This document shows, piece by piece, positions 9,265-18,607 of a stretch of 35,821 bases of DNA. Location: the NCBI GenBank assembly GCA_046594995.1, contig JBKJQU010000467.1:1-35821 (forward strand). The letters are read 5' to 3'. Within the stretch, counting starts at the first letter, position 1. Each line of letters opens with the position of its first letter. The translations under genes and the position numbers were made by a program. The notes under the pieces were generated by a model. That model did no database searches. It was given only the letters and a program-made list of their open reading frames with translations, and was not told the DNA's origin. The stretch is from Aestuariivirga sp. Lineage in GTDB: Bacteria; Pseudomonadota; Alphaproteobacteria; Rhizobiales; Aestuariivirgaceae.

Positions 9265-9984
9265 ATGCAAACCGATCGCATCGTTCGTCGCAAACTTTCC
9301 GATGAAGTGCTGGAGCGGCTGCTCCGCATCATTTCTGAGGGCAATCTCAAGCCCGGCGATGCCATGCCATCTGAGCGTGAACTGATGGAACGCTTCGGTG
9401 TGGGACGGCCCGCAATTCGTGAGGCGATGCAATCCTTAAGCAACATGGGGCTGGTTTCGATTTCACATGGCGAGCGGGCGCGCGTTCAGGAACTCACCGC
9501 GCAATCAATCATCCGGCAGGTGGACCAGTCGGCGCATATCATGCTGTCCCGCTCATCCGACTCGCTGGAGCATCTGAAGAATGCCCGGCTGTTCTTCGAG
9601 CGCGGCATGGTGCGTGAGTCCGCCGAAAAGGCGACGCCTGCCAATATCGCTGCATTGAGGGCGACCGTTGCGGAGCAGCGCGAAAAGCTGGGCAAGGCGG
9701 AAGAATTCATGACCGCGGACATGCATTTTCATACACAGATCGCCGCGATTTCAGGCAATCCCATCTTTGTCTCGGTCAGCGAAGCGATGCTTGGCTGGCT
9801 CAAGGCCTACCACGTTGAATTGCTGTTCTGGAGCGGCAAGGAAACCTTCACCATCGGCGAGCACGAGCAAATCATCGCGGCCATCGAAAAGGGCGATGCC
9901 GATGCGGCGGAAGAGGCGCTGGTCATACACCTGAAGCGTTCCGCCATCCTCTATGCATTGAGCAATCAAAAAGAACAGGCTTAA
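9265..9984 (+). CDS. GntR/FadR-family transcriptional regulator (NanR-like, FCD domain)
   Basis: wHTH LSDEV...PSERELMERFGVGRPAIREA; FCD motifs ADMHFH..IA..SGNP and EHEQI. Confidence 0.9.
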   Translation: MQTDRIVRRKLSDEVLERLLRIISEGNLKPGDAMPSERELMERFGVGRPAIREAMQSLSNMGLVSISHGERARVQELTAQSIIRQVDQSAHIMLSRSSDSLEHLKNARLFFERGMVRESAEKATPANIAALRATVAEQREKLGKAEEFMTADMHFHTQIAAISGNPIFVSVSEAMLGWLKAYHVELLFWSGKETFTIGEHEQIIAAIEKGDADAAEEALVIHLKRSAILYALSNQKEQA

Positions 9985-10811
9985 GCCGATGCAAGTCCGA
10001 GGATTGCCCGAGCCTCCGCAGGGCTGGCGGCATGGCGGCCGTATGTGCCGCAAAGAACGGCAACGCGCTTGACGAGTTCGGCGTTGGAGGACGCGAGGCG
10101 CGTCTCGTCCCAGCGAATATTGTCTTCAAGCCCAGTCCGGCAGTGGCCACCGCGTTCGAGGCACCAGTGGTTCACTTCATGCTGATGCTTGCCGATCCCC
10201 GCCGCGACCCAGGTCGATTCCGGTGAAAGCCTCGTCACCTCATCCACCATGAAATCGAAAGCCTGGCGGATCACGGGCATAGCGTTCTTCACACCCATGA
10301 CGAACTGCACGTGCAGCGGCTTTCTGAGGAGCCCCTCATCCGCAAGACGCAGTGCCTGATAAAGCATCGAAAGATCAAAGACCTCGATTTCAGGCTTCAC
10401 GTTGTGGTCGAGCATCTTCTGCGCCAGTTCGCGGATCAGATCCGGGTGGTTCTCGTAAATGATTGTCGGAAAGTTGCAGGAACCCGTCGAGAGCGAGGCC
10501 ATGTCGGCGCCCAGATGCAGCATGCCGCCGCGCTCCGAACCCTTTCCGGAACGCCCTCCGGTGGAAAACTGCACGATCATGTCAGGGCAGTGCTTGCGCA
10601 AGCGTTCCAACAGCGCAGCGAAGCGATCAGGATCTGATGTCGGTGTCTGATCGTCTTTGCGCACGTGGACATGCGCGATGGTGGCTCCGGCCTCGAAAGC
10701 GGCATGGGTCGATTCAACCTGCTCCGTGATGGTGATGGGCACAGCCGGGTTGTGCTCCTTCCGCGGTACGGAGCCGGTGATAGCGACAGTGATAATGCAG
10801 GGCTTCGTCAT
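9981..10811 (-). CDS. 3-keto-5-aminohexanoate cleavage-family enzyme (BKACE, DUF849)
   Basis: IITVAITGS, HVHVR, STGG, SL.TGS.NF, PEIEVFD and RTGLEDN motifs. Start moved to ATG 10811, just after the GMC stop. Confidence 0.88.
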   Translation of the reverse strand: MTKPCIITVAITGSVPRKEHNPAVPITITEQVESTHAAFEAGATIAHVHVRKDDQTPTSDPDRFAALLERLRKHCPDMIVQFSTGGRSGKGSERGGMLHLGADMASLSTGSCNFPTIIYENHPDLIRELAQKMLDHNVKPEIEVFDLSMLYQALRLADEGLLRKPLHVQFVMGVKNAMPVIRQAFDFMVDEVTRLSPESTWVAAGIGKHQHEVNHWCLERGGHCRTGLEDNIRWDETRLASSNAELVKRVAVLCGTYGRHAASPAEARAILGLASA

Positions 10812-10813
10812 GA

Positions 10814-12460
10814 TCAGGCTTCGGCGTAGCGCTTTGTCTCGTTGCGCTCCCATTCCAGAACCGCGGGCGGAAGCAGCGGCTTTCCGGCAATAAGATCGGA
10901 GGCCTTCTCGCCGATCATGGTGGTTGGCGCGTTGGTGTTCGAAGAATTGATGAAGGGCATGATCGAACTGTCACCGACGCGCAGGCCTTCCAAGCCATGC
11001 ACCTTCAGGTCGGTGCCGACGACGGCCATCGAATCGTGCCCCATCTTGCAGGTGCCGACGGGGTGATGGTCGGTCTTCGCCATGCGACAGGCATATTCGA
11101 ATAGCTCTGCAGGATCGTTCACACCCGGCAGCACCTCACGCTTGACGAAAGGTTTCAGCGCCGGCTGCGACATGATCTCGCGTGCCAATTCAAGGCCGCG
11201 CAACGAGATCTGGAGATCGTAAGGATCGGACCAGAAGTTCGGATCGATCAGGGGTGCATCCGCGATGTTTGCCGTCGCCAGCCTCACAGTGCCGCGCGAG
11301 CGTGGACGCAAAAAGGCGGAGTTCAACGTCACGCCGGCATTGTCGAGCTTGGCGATGCCGGCCTCGATTCCAGAACCCTGACCAAAATGGAACTGGATAT
11401 CGGGCGAGCGCGCCTCTGGATCGGCATACCAGAAGGCGCCGGTTTCGAAGAGCGATGAGACAACGGGACCAGACTTGAACAGAAGATACTGCAGGCCCGC
11501 CATCATCATCCGATGCGGCTTCTGCAAGCCATCATAGGAATGATCGCCGGTGCATTCGGAGAGAACGCAGATGTCGACGTGATCCTGCAGGTTGGAGCCT
11601 ACGCCCGGCAGATCATGCACGACATCGACGCCCACAGATTTCAGATGATCGGCAGGCCCGATGCCCGACAGCATGAGCAGGCGCGGCGAGCCGATTGCGC
11701 CGGATGTGATGAGGATTTCGCGTTCGGAGCGATATTCCTTCGTCTCGCCGTTGACAATCGCCTTCAGGCCCACCGCCCTGCCCTTCTCCACCATGATGCG
11801 GGTGGCGAGGGCACCAGAGATCACCGTGAGATTCCTGCGCGATCTTGCGGGATTGAGAAAGCCGGTAGCGGCAGATGAACGGCGCGCGTTCTTCTGCGTC
11901 AACTGATAATAGCCAGCACCACGCTGATAGCGGCCGTTGAAATCCGGGTTGTAGGGAATGCCGGCCTGCTGCGCGGCGCGAATAAAGGCATCGCAGATGG
12001 GCAGCGCGCTCTTGGGCATGGTAACACCAATTGGCCCGTCGGTACCGTGATAATCATCATGGAAGCGTTCGTTTCCCTCGGCGCGCTTGAAGTAAGGAAG
12101 AATGTCGCGGTAGCCCCAGCTTTCGCAGCCGCCTTCATCGCGCCAGCCGTCATAGTCCTCTGCATTGCCGCGCGTATAGACCTGCGCGTTGATGGTGGAA
12201 CCGCCGCCCACGACCTTCGCCTGCGTGTACCACAGCACACGATCCTTCATATGCTTCTGAGGAACCGTTGACCATCCCCAGGAGGCTATCCCTTTCGTCA
12301 TCTTCGCGAAGCCGGCCGGCCAGTGGAAGAGATAGTTTGAATCCGGGCCGCCTGCTTCGAGCAGCAGGACTGACACATCGGGATCTTCCGTCAAGCGGCT
12401 GGCCAGCACGCAGCCCGACGTTCCAGCACCTGAAATGATGTAGTCGAAACTGGTGGTCAC
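10814..12460 (-). CDS. GMC-family FAD oxidoreductase (L-sorbose dehydrogenase-like)
   Basis: FDYIISGAGTSG, GGGSTINAQ, GAIGSP.LL.LSGIG, NLQDH, HHPVGTCKMG and NTNAP motifs. Start GTG 12460 with GGAGG RBS. Confidence 0.9.
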   Translation of the reverse strand: MTTSFDYIISGAGTSGCVLASRLTEDPDVSVLLLEAGGPDSNYLFHWPAGFAKMTKGIASWGWSTVPQKHMKDRVLWYTQAKVVGGGSTINAQVYTRGNAEDYDGWRDEGGCESWGYRDILPYFKRAEGNERFHDDYHGTDGPIGVTMPKSALPICDAFIRAAQQAGIPYNPDFNGRYQRGAGYYQLTQKNARRSSAATGFLNPARSRRNLTVISGALATRIMVEKGRAVGLKAIVNGETKEYRSEREILITSGAIGSPRLLMLSGIGPADHLKSVGVDVVHDLPGVGSNLQDHVDICVLSECTGDHSYDGLQKPHRMMMAGLQYLLFKSGPVVSSLFETGAFWYADPEARSPDIQFHFGQGSGIEAGIAKLDNAGVTLNSAFLRPRSRGTVRLATANIADAPLIDPNFWSDPYDLQISLRGLELAREIMSQPALKPFVKREVLPGVNDPAELFEYACRMAKTDHHPVGTCKMGHDSMAVVGTDLKVHGLEGLRVGDSSIMPFINSSNTNAPTTMIGEKASDLIAGKPLLPPAVLEWERNETKRYAEA

Positions 12461-12527
12461 GCAGGGCCTCCGTATGGGAACAACATATTCTAGAGGCGAA
12501 ATCCGCACTGTCCAGAGGCAAGGAGGC

Positions 12528-12555
12528 TTGCCATTTGTAACCACTTGGTTATCAT
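12528..12555 (+). promoter_or_regulatory. Sigma70-like promoter with an embedded palindromic (TetR-type) operator
   Basis: TTGCCA-N16-TATCAT whose spacer contains the perfect palindrome TAACCA-CT-TGGTTA (12538-12551), in the divergent GMC/AKR gap. Confidence 0.6.
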
Positions 12556-12591
12556 GCTGCGACAGGTGAATGTCAAGCTGGAGGTGGCCCT

Positions 12592-13611
12592 ATGCCTGCT
12601 ATCGCAAAGCGCAAGTTCGGGCGTGCCGACTTTCGGGTGACCGACATGGGGTTTGGCGCAGCACCCATCGGCAACTTCCTGCGGCCGATCACAGAAGACG
12701 TATCGGAAGCCATGGTACAGCGGGCATGGGACCACGGCATGCGCTATTTCGATACGGCGCCTTATTATGGGCATGGCCTTTCGGAAGCCCGCCTCGGGCA
12801 CTCGCTGCGCTGGAAGACGCGGGGTGATTTCGTGATATCGAGCAAGGTGGGGCGCGTTCTGAAACCGGCGAGGCGGTCATCCATCAATTTTGCACCTTGG
12901 GTCGATGCGTTGCCGAACGTCTGTCATTTCGACTACACCTATGATGGCACCATGCGGAGCTTCGAGGATTCGCTGCAGCGGCTGGGCCTTGAGCATATCG
13001 ACATCCTCTTCATCCACGATGCAGATGTGTTTACCCATGGTGAAGCGCAACAGAAGATCTATTTCAAGCAGGCGATGGAGGGCTCCTACCCGGCGCTCGT
13101 CAAGCTTCGGGAGCAAGGCGCCGTCAAGGCCATCGGCGTCGGTGTCAATAACTGGGACGTGATGCTTGACTTCATGAAGGCGGGTGACTTCGATTGCCTG
13201 CTGATGGCCGGGCGGTATACGCTTCTGGAGCAGGAACCACTCGACGAGCTGATGCCGTTGTGCGAGCAGCGTGGCGCTGCAATCGTGATCGGCGGCGGGC
13301 TGAACAGCGGCATCCTGGCAACGGGCGCCGTGCCGGGAGCGAAATACAATTATTCGCCTGCCCCTGAACACATCATGGAGCGCGTGCGGCAGATCGAAGC
13401 CGTGTGCAGAGCGCATGGTGTGCAACTAGCCGCAGCGGCGCTGCAGTTCCTTCTGGCGCATCCTGCTGTCGCAAGCCATGTGCCGGGCACCCGCACGGTG
13501 GAACAGATGGACCAGAACGTGGCGTGGATAAGCTATCCCATTCCACCCGCCTTCTGGACCGACCTCAAGGACAAGGGATTGTTGCGGAAAGATGCGCCCG
13601 TTCCGGCATGA
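12592..13611 (+). CDS. Aldo/keto reductase (D-threo-aldose 1-dehydrogenase / L-fucose dehydrogenase-like)
   Basis: GFGAAPIGN, FDTAPYYGHGLSE, SKVGR, SLQRLG, IHD, AIGVG.N and GRYTLL motifs. GGAGG RBS. Confidence 0.88.
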   Translation: MPAIAKRKFGRADFRVTDMGFGAAPIGNFLRPITEDVSEAMVQRAWDHGMRYFDTAPYYGHGLSEARLGHSLRWKTRGDFVISSKVGRVLKPARRSSINFAPWVDALPNVCHFDYTYDGTMRSFEDSLQRLGLEHIDILFIHDADVFTHGEAQQKIYFKQAMEGSYPALVKLREQGAVKAIGVGVNNWDVMLDFMKAGDFDCLLMAGRYTLLEQEPLDELMPLCEQRGAAIVIGGGLNSGILATGAVPGAKYNYSPAPEHIMERVRQIEAVCRAHGVQLAAAALQFLLAHPAVASHVPGTRTVEQMDQNVAWISYPIPPAFWTDLKDKGLLRKDAPVPA

Positions 13612-14285
13612 AGAAGCCCAAGCCAGCCGCCGCACCGCGGACGCGTGATCCTGACGCAACGAGGCTTCGCATTCTCGCGGCGGCAAAGAGCGAATTCGCA
13701 AGGAAAGGGCTTGGCGGTGCGCGCGTCGACGATATTGCGGCGAAGGCGAAGATCAACAAGCGGATGCTCTACCACTACTTCGGCAACAAGGAGGAACTAT
13801 TCCGGCGCACACTTGAAGATGCATATCGCGCTTTCCGTGCCACAGAAGCCGAGTTGATGATCGAGCAGGACGAGCCGATCACCGCGCTAAAGCGGCTGAT
13901 GACATTCACGTGGGAATACTACGTCGCAAATCCGGAGTTCATCACGCTGGTAAACAGCGAGAACCTGCACAAGGCGCGGCATATCCGGAAATCCGATGTG
14001 ATGGACACGATCAACAAGCCCTTTGTGGCGCGAATGGAAACATTGCTGGAACGCGGTGTTTCCAAAGGCGTGTTCAGGCCTGGCCTCGATGCGGTTCAAG
14101 TGTTGATCGCGCTCGCCGGTCTTGGATTTCACTACCTCAATAACAGGCATACCGGAGCCATCGTCTATGGCCGCGACCTGATGAGCGAAGAGGCAAAAGC
14201 TGTGCGGCTCCAATTCAACATTGACGCCGTGCTGCGGATCGTCTGCCGGCCGGAGACACTGATGCAAGTTGAGAAGCAGCGATGA
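13608..14285 (+). CDS. TetR/AcrR-family regulator
   Basis: RDPDATR.RIL.AA..EFA.KG..GARVD.IA......KRMLYHYFG.KE. Start moved to ATG 13608 (ATGA overlap with the AKR stop). Confidence 0.9.
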   Translation: MKKPKPAAAPRTRDPDATRLRILAAAKSEFARKGLGGARVDDIAAKAKINKRMLYHYFGNKEELFRRTLEDAYRAFRATEAELMIEQDEPITALKRLMTFTWEYYVANPEFITLVNSENLHKARHIRKSDVMDTINKPFVARMETLLERGVSKGVFRPGLDAVQVLIALAGLGFHYLNNRHTGAIVYGRDLMSEEAKAVRLQFNIDAVLRIVCRPETLMQVEKQR

Positions 14286-15043
14286 ATGGCAGAGCGCTGG
14301 TGACGGGTGCCCGGCGCGGCATCGGCAAGGCGATTGCGCTGGCTCTTGCTGCCGAAGGTTTCGATGTCGCAGTATCAGACATCACGCTTTCAGAAGACTT
14401 GATCGGTACAGCTCAAGAGATCGAGAAGCTGGGCTGCAAGAGTACCGCCATCGCAGGCGACATCTCGAAGATCGAAGACCACGGTTGGATGCTGGATGAA
14501 GCAGAGTCCGCCATCGGGCCGTTGACGACGCTCGTCAACAATGCCGGCGTCTCGGTTATGGTGCGTGGAGACCTGCTAAATGTAACGCCCGAGAGCTATG
14601 ACCGCTGTCTTGAAGTCAACACGCGGGGGACGTTCTTTCTGACGCAGGAATTTTCCCGCCGGGTGCTAAAGGTTGAGAGCGAAGCGCATCGCTCGATCGT
14701 GACAGTGTCTTCCGCCAATGCCATTGCACCCTCCATCGCGCGCGGCGAATACTGTGTGTCGAAAGCCGGCATCTCCATGGTGTCGAAGCTCTTCGCGGCA
14801 CGGCTGTCGAATGATGGGATCGGCGTCTATGAAATCCAGCCGGGCTTCATCGAAACAGACATGACGGCGCCATCCAAAGCGAAATACGATACGCTGATTG
14901 AAAGCGGGCTGACCGTCATTAAGCGCTGGGGAAAGCCCGAGGAAGTGGCGCGCATCGCAGTGACCCTGGCAACCGGGCTTCTTCCCTACACAAGTGGACA
15001 GATCATCCAAGCCGATGGCGGCCTCCTCTCCGTGAGGTACTGA
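14282..15043 (+). CDS. Short-chain dehydrogenase/reductase (3-ketoacyl-ACP reductase-like)
   Basis: TGARRGIG, NNAG, YCVSK catalytic motif and PG.I.TDMT. ATGA overlap with tetR. Confidence 0.9.
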   Translation: MNGRALVTGARRGIGKAIALALAAEGFDVAVSDITLSEDLIGTAQEIEKLGCKSTAIAGDISKIEDHGWMLDEAESAIGPLTTLVNNAGVSVMVRGDLLNVTPESYDRCLEVNTRGTFFLTQEFSRRVLKVESEAHRSIVTVSSANAIAPSIARGEYCVSKAGISMVSKLFAARLSNDGIGVYEIQPGFIETDMTAPSKAKYDTLIESGLTVIKRWGKPEEVARIAVTLATGLLPYTSGQIIQADGGLLSVRY

Positions 15044-15046
15044 CCT

Positions 15047-16201
15047 ATGAAGATCAAGCTTCCGAAATCCGATGGTACGTTCGAGACCTATCTCCTTACC
15101 GGAGAACCGTTGCACATCAGAAAGCCATGCGGTGAGTTCAACCGTATGGCCTTCGCAGCAGCGCATGTGGTGGCCGACCCGTTGTCGAACAGCGATCCTT
15201 CAGGCTCGCCCGCCATCGACTGGGACAAGACGCTGGCCTTCCGCTCGCATCTCCTCGACCTCGGCTTTGGAATTGCGGAGGCTATGGACACATCTCAGCG
15301 CGGCACAGGCCTCGACTGGCCGCGCGCGCTGGAACTGATCGGGCATTCGCTAAAATCCGCAGGCAAGCGCGCTGGCCTGATCTATTCGGGCTGCGGTACA
15401 GACCAACTGGCTGCCGGCGCGGCACACACACTGGACGATGTGATCCGCGCCTATCTTGAACAGTTGCATGCGATCCAGAAGCTCGATGGCCGCATCATCA
15501 TGATGGCCAGCCGCGCGCTGGTGCAGGTTGGGAAATCGCCGGACGATTATGTGAAAGTCTATGGCCGCGTTCTTTCCGAGGCGGATCATCCGGTAGTCTT
15601 GCACTGGCTGGGTGACATGTTCGATCTGGCACTGAAAGGTTATTGGGGCACGCAAGACTTCGAGGCCGCGATGGAGACAAGCCTTGAGGTGATTGCCACC
15701 AACGCCCAGAAAATTGATGGCATCAAGATCTCGCTTCTCGATGACAGCAAGGAAGTGGTGATGCGGCGGCGCCTGCCGGCGCACGTCAAGATGTATACGG
15801 GCGACGATTTTAACTATCCCGACCTGATCGCCGGCGACGATCAGGGGTTTTCCCACGCACTGCTCGGCATATTCGATGCGATAGCACCAGCAGCTTCGGC
15901 CGCGCTTGATGCACTCGCCAAGGGCAACATGAAAAAGTATCACGCGCTGATGGCTCCAACCGTGCCGCTATCGCGCCTGATCTTCCGTTCGCCAACGCAG
16001 TATTACAAGACGGGCATCGTGTTCCTCGCCTGGCTGAACGGGCATCAGGATCATTTCGTCATGGTGGGCGGCGCGCAGGCAATGCGGCCTCTGCCCTACT
16101 TCACCGAAATATTCAAGCTTGCGGACCAGGCAGGGCTGCTGGCAGACCCGGCACTTGCGATAAGACGAATGAATCAGATGCTGGCACTCTACGGTGTCTG
16201 A
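15047..16201 (+). CDS. DUF993 / dihydrodipicolinate synthase-like TIM-barrel protein
   Basis: AAAHVVADP, AEAMDTSQRG, LHWLG.MFD..L.GYWG, GIKISLLD, YTGDDFNY and HALLGIFD motifs typical of DUF993. Confidence 0.8.
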   Translation: MKIKLPKSDGTFETYLLTGEPLHIRKPCGEFNRMAFAAAHVVADPLSNSDPSGSPAIDWDKTLAFRSHLLDLGFGIAEAMDTSQRGTGLDWPRALELIGHSLKSAGKRAGLIYSGCGTDQLAAGAAHTLDDVIRAYLEQLHAIQKLDGRIIMMASRALVQVGKSPDDYVKVYGRVLSEADHPVVLHWLGDMFDLALKGYWGTQDFEAAMETSLEVIATNAQKIDGIKISLLDDSKEVVMRRRLPAHVKMYTGDDFNYPDLIAGDDQGFSHALLGIFDAIAPAASAALDALAKGNMKKYHALMAPTVPLSRLIFRSPTQYYKTGIVFLAWLNGHQDHFVMVGGAQAMRPLPYFTEIFKLADQAGLLADPALAIRRMNQMLALYGV

Positions 16202-17055
16202 TGCGCGATCTGGGCCAGTACCTTGAATTCTGCTCAATCAATACCGCAACGTTGGGCTTTCAAGCTCCAATCGAACAGGTGATCGATGCGGTGGCGCTTG
16301 CTGGATTTGGCGGCATTGCGCCATGGCGGAGAGAAGTGGAAGGCAAGGATGTCGCATCGATCTCGCGGCGCATCCGCGAGGCCGGCCTCAAGGTCTCAGG
16401 CTATTGCCGTAGCACGTACATTCCAGCAACAACGCAGGATGGTTTCGCAGCAAATGTGGAAGCAAACCGTCGCGCCATCGAAGATGCGGCAATGCTCGGT
16501 TCATCCTGCTTCGTCATGGTGGTGGGAAGCCTTCCGGAAGGATCGAAGGATATCGCTGGCGCCCGCGCGCAGGTGGCGGATGCTACTGCTGTGCTGGTCG
16601 AGCACGGCAAAGCTTGCGGCGTGAAGATTGCGCTGGAGCCGCTCCACCCGGTTTATGCGGCAGATCGTTCCTGTTTGTCGCTGCTGTCAGAGGCACTGGA
16701 CATCTGTGACGCCATTGAGGGCGGTGCGGATGATCCGTGGCTTGGCACGTTGCTTGACGTCTATCACCTGTGGTGGGACCCAAACCTCGGCCGCGACATT
16801 GCGCGGGCGGGCAAATCGCGCCGTATCTTCGGCTTTCATGTGTGCGACTGGTTGTTGCCCACAAAGGACGTTCTGAATGATCGCGGGATGATGGGCGATG
16901 GCGTGATCGACGTGCCACAGATCCGCGCGATGGTTGAAAAGACCGGCTATGCCGGACCTGTGGAGGTCGAAATATTTTCCTCCCACGACTGGTGGAAGCG
17001 GCCCATGGATGAAATACTGAAGGTCTGTGGAGAGCGGCTGGCAACGGCATCTTAG
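16201..17055 (+). CDS. Sugar phosphate isomerase/epimerase (xylose isomerase-like TIM barrel)
   Basis: SINTAT, ALEPLHP.YAADR, DVYHLWWD, HVCDW, DRGMMGDG.ID and EVEIFS metal-binding motifs. Coupled to DUF993 (TGATG). Confidence 0.87.
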   Translation: MRDLGQYLEFCSINTATLGFQAPIEQVIDAVALAGFGGIAPWRREVEGKDVASISRRIREAGLKVSGYCRSTYIPATTQDGFAANVEANRRAIEDAAMLGSSCFVMVVGSLPEGSKDIAGARAQVADATAVLVEHGKACGVKIALEPLHPVYAADRSCLSLLSEALDICDAIEGGADDPWLGTLLDVYHLWWDPNLGRDIARAGKSRRIFGFHVCDWLLPTKDVLNDRGMMGDGVIDVPQIRAMVEKTGYAGPVEVEIFSSHDWWKRPMDEILKVCGERLATAS

Positions 17056-17450
17056 TCCCGGCGGCCCTTCATCCATGACGGATTGATGGTGCGGCCTGCG
17101 CGCGTACCCAATGCCGAAATATTTGCCATGTCTTTGTCCGATAATTCAAAATTCAACGCGTTGATGTTCGAGAGGGCATTCTCTCGCTTCGTGGTCATGG
17201 GAATTGCAGCAACGCCCTGCTGGGTGATCCATCGCAGCACGACTTAGGAGGCGAGGCGGCCGAGCCGCGCAGTAATGTCTTGCACGACTTTTGGCTGCAT
17301 GGCTTTGCCACGCGCCAGTGGGCTGTAGGCCGTGAGGGTGATACCGAGACTCTGTGCTTCCCGCAGAAGCTCTGTCTGATCAAGCAGTGGATGGAATTCG
17401 ATTTGATTGACGATGATAGCTCCACCCGCTAGGTGCTGCGATGCCCTGTC
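17052..17450 (-). pseudogene. Aldo/keto reductase (DkgA/B-like) C-terminal fragment with an internal stop
   Basis: One frame reads VNQIEFHPLLDQ...LTAYSPLARG...RLAS*VVLRWITQQG..AIP.TTKREN...N.....FELS. In-frame TAA at 17244-17246; the N-terminal half is absent. Confidence 0.8.
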
Positions 17451-17520
17451 CTATGCGCCGGTGATGGAGCAACTCTCGCGCGGTTATGCGCCAGTTGCCG
17501 ACCAGTGCGGGCTGGTGGAA

Positions 17521-18204
17521 CTGATATGGATACACAATGTTCCGGTAGCCAACGTCGGTTTCGTGCTGGCCCGTACCGGTCCAGCAGCAGGCCATCGCGG
17601 CATGTCGATCTTCATTGTCGATCTCCACACGCCGGGCGTTTTACGCGGCAAGAAAGAGCGGAAGATGGGTCAACGGGCTTCGCAGGTTGGGGCGCTCCAT
17701 TTCGACAATGTACAACTCGGCGAGGATGCGCTTCTGGGCCAGATGAACCGCGGCTTCCACATCAGGATGAGCGTACTCGACAAAGGGCGCCTCGGGATCG
17801 GCGCGCCGTCGGTGGGAATTGCACAGACTGGACTGGACGCGGCAGTCGATTACGCTAGGAGACGTAAGCAGTTCGGCAGGCCGATTGCCGATAACCACGG
17901 ATTGCAATGGCTGCTGGCAGACATGAAACTAGACATTACCGCCGCACGCGCGCTCGTTCATTGTACAGCAATGACCTTGGTTCAATGTCTTTCCCCCACG
18001 ATGGACTGCTCAATTGCCAAGTGCTTTGCCGGTGATGTGGCCGTGACACATACTGCCAATGCGGTACAGGTCTTTGGCGGTTCTAGTTATAACCGGGGGT
18101 TCGAGGTGGAGCGGCTTTACCGGGATGCTAAAATTACGCAACTTTATAAGGCCAGGAACCAGATCCAGCGCACCATTATTGCCCGCGAATTGCTGAAGAC
18201 CTGA
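17521..18204 (+). pseudogene. Acyl-CoA dehydrogenase, N-terminally truncated and degenerate
   Basis: Begins mid-protein at the KxWIxN-equivalent (LIWIHN), then KERKMGQR, RRKQFG and AVQVFGG. The conserved YEGT is YKAR and GGxGY is GGSSY. Confidence 0.75.
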
Positions 18205-18205
18205 G

Positions 18206-18433
18206 ATGCTGGAGGCGCTTGCACAAGTCGTAAGATGCCCGGTTTCCTGTTTCAAAACAGTCGGCAAGAGTGACATCTATCTTTCGCCTAATCATGTGGC
18301 TGAGGCGGCAACGAGCAAGACTGCATATGGCCATCGTATCGCCCGTGGTGCCCTACTGATTGGCTATATGCCGCGCGCCTCCACGCTCATCTCAACCAGT
18401 ACGGCAAGCTCTGTGCTGTTACCACTCTTATAA
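18206..18433 (+). pseudogene. MaoC-like dehydratase remnant
   Basis: FKTVGKSDIYL/SPNHV...TAYGHRIARGALLIGYM matches the MaoC pattern KTV.ESD.YLFAG.TGD..PNH...RIAHG with the FAGxTGD segment deleted; the ORF ends early. Confidence 0.55.
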
Positions 18434-18490
18434 TGCGGCATACCAAGCGCAACTGGACCGCCAAAGGCTCGACAAACTCACACTCCCTGA

Positions 18491-18515
18491 GGAACGAAAT
18501 CGCTTTGTCCGCATT
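18491..18515 (+). promoter_or_regulatory. sigma-EcfG-type promoter (AI-2E gene)
   Basis: GGAAC-N16-CATT. Confidence 0.6.
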
Positions 18516-18607
18516 CAGTTCGCGAGGTCATGCGCCGTTCGCATCATCTCGATCCGGGGTACCGGACCGGCGATGCACCGGCTTTCAATGTCATTGTGGG
18601 GGTTTTC

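Noticed and set aside
13404-13607. N-terminal extensions in the ORF track (tetR, dmmB, GMC, BKACE, phyR, DAGK, SLC13, holin-like)
   Set aside because: They overlap neighbouring genes or promoters; downstream starts have RBSs or stop-start coupling and match family N-termini.
17407-18204. Intact 265-aa acyl-CoA dehydrogenase
   Set aside because: It lacks the N-terminal domain and conserved catalytic-region residues, so I treated it as a pseudogene.
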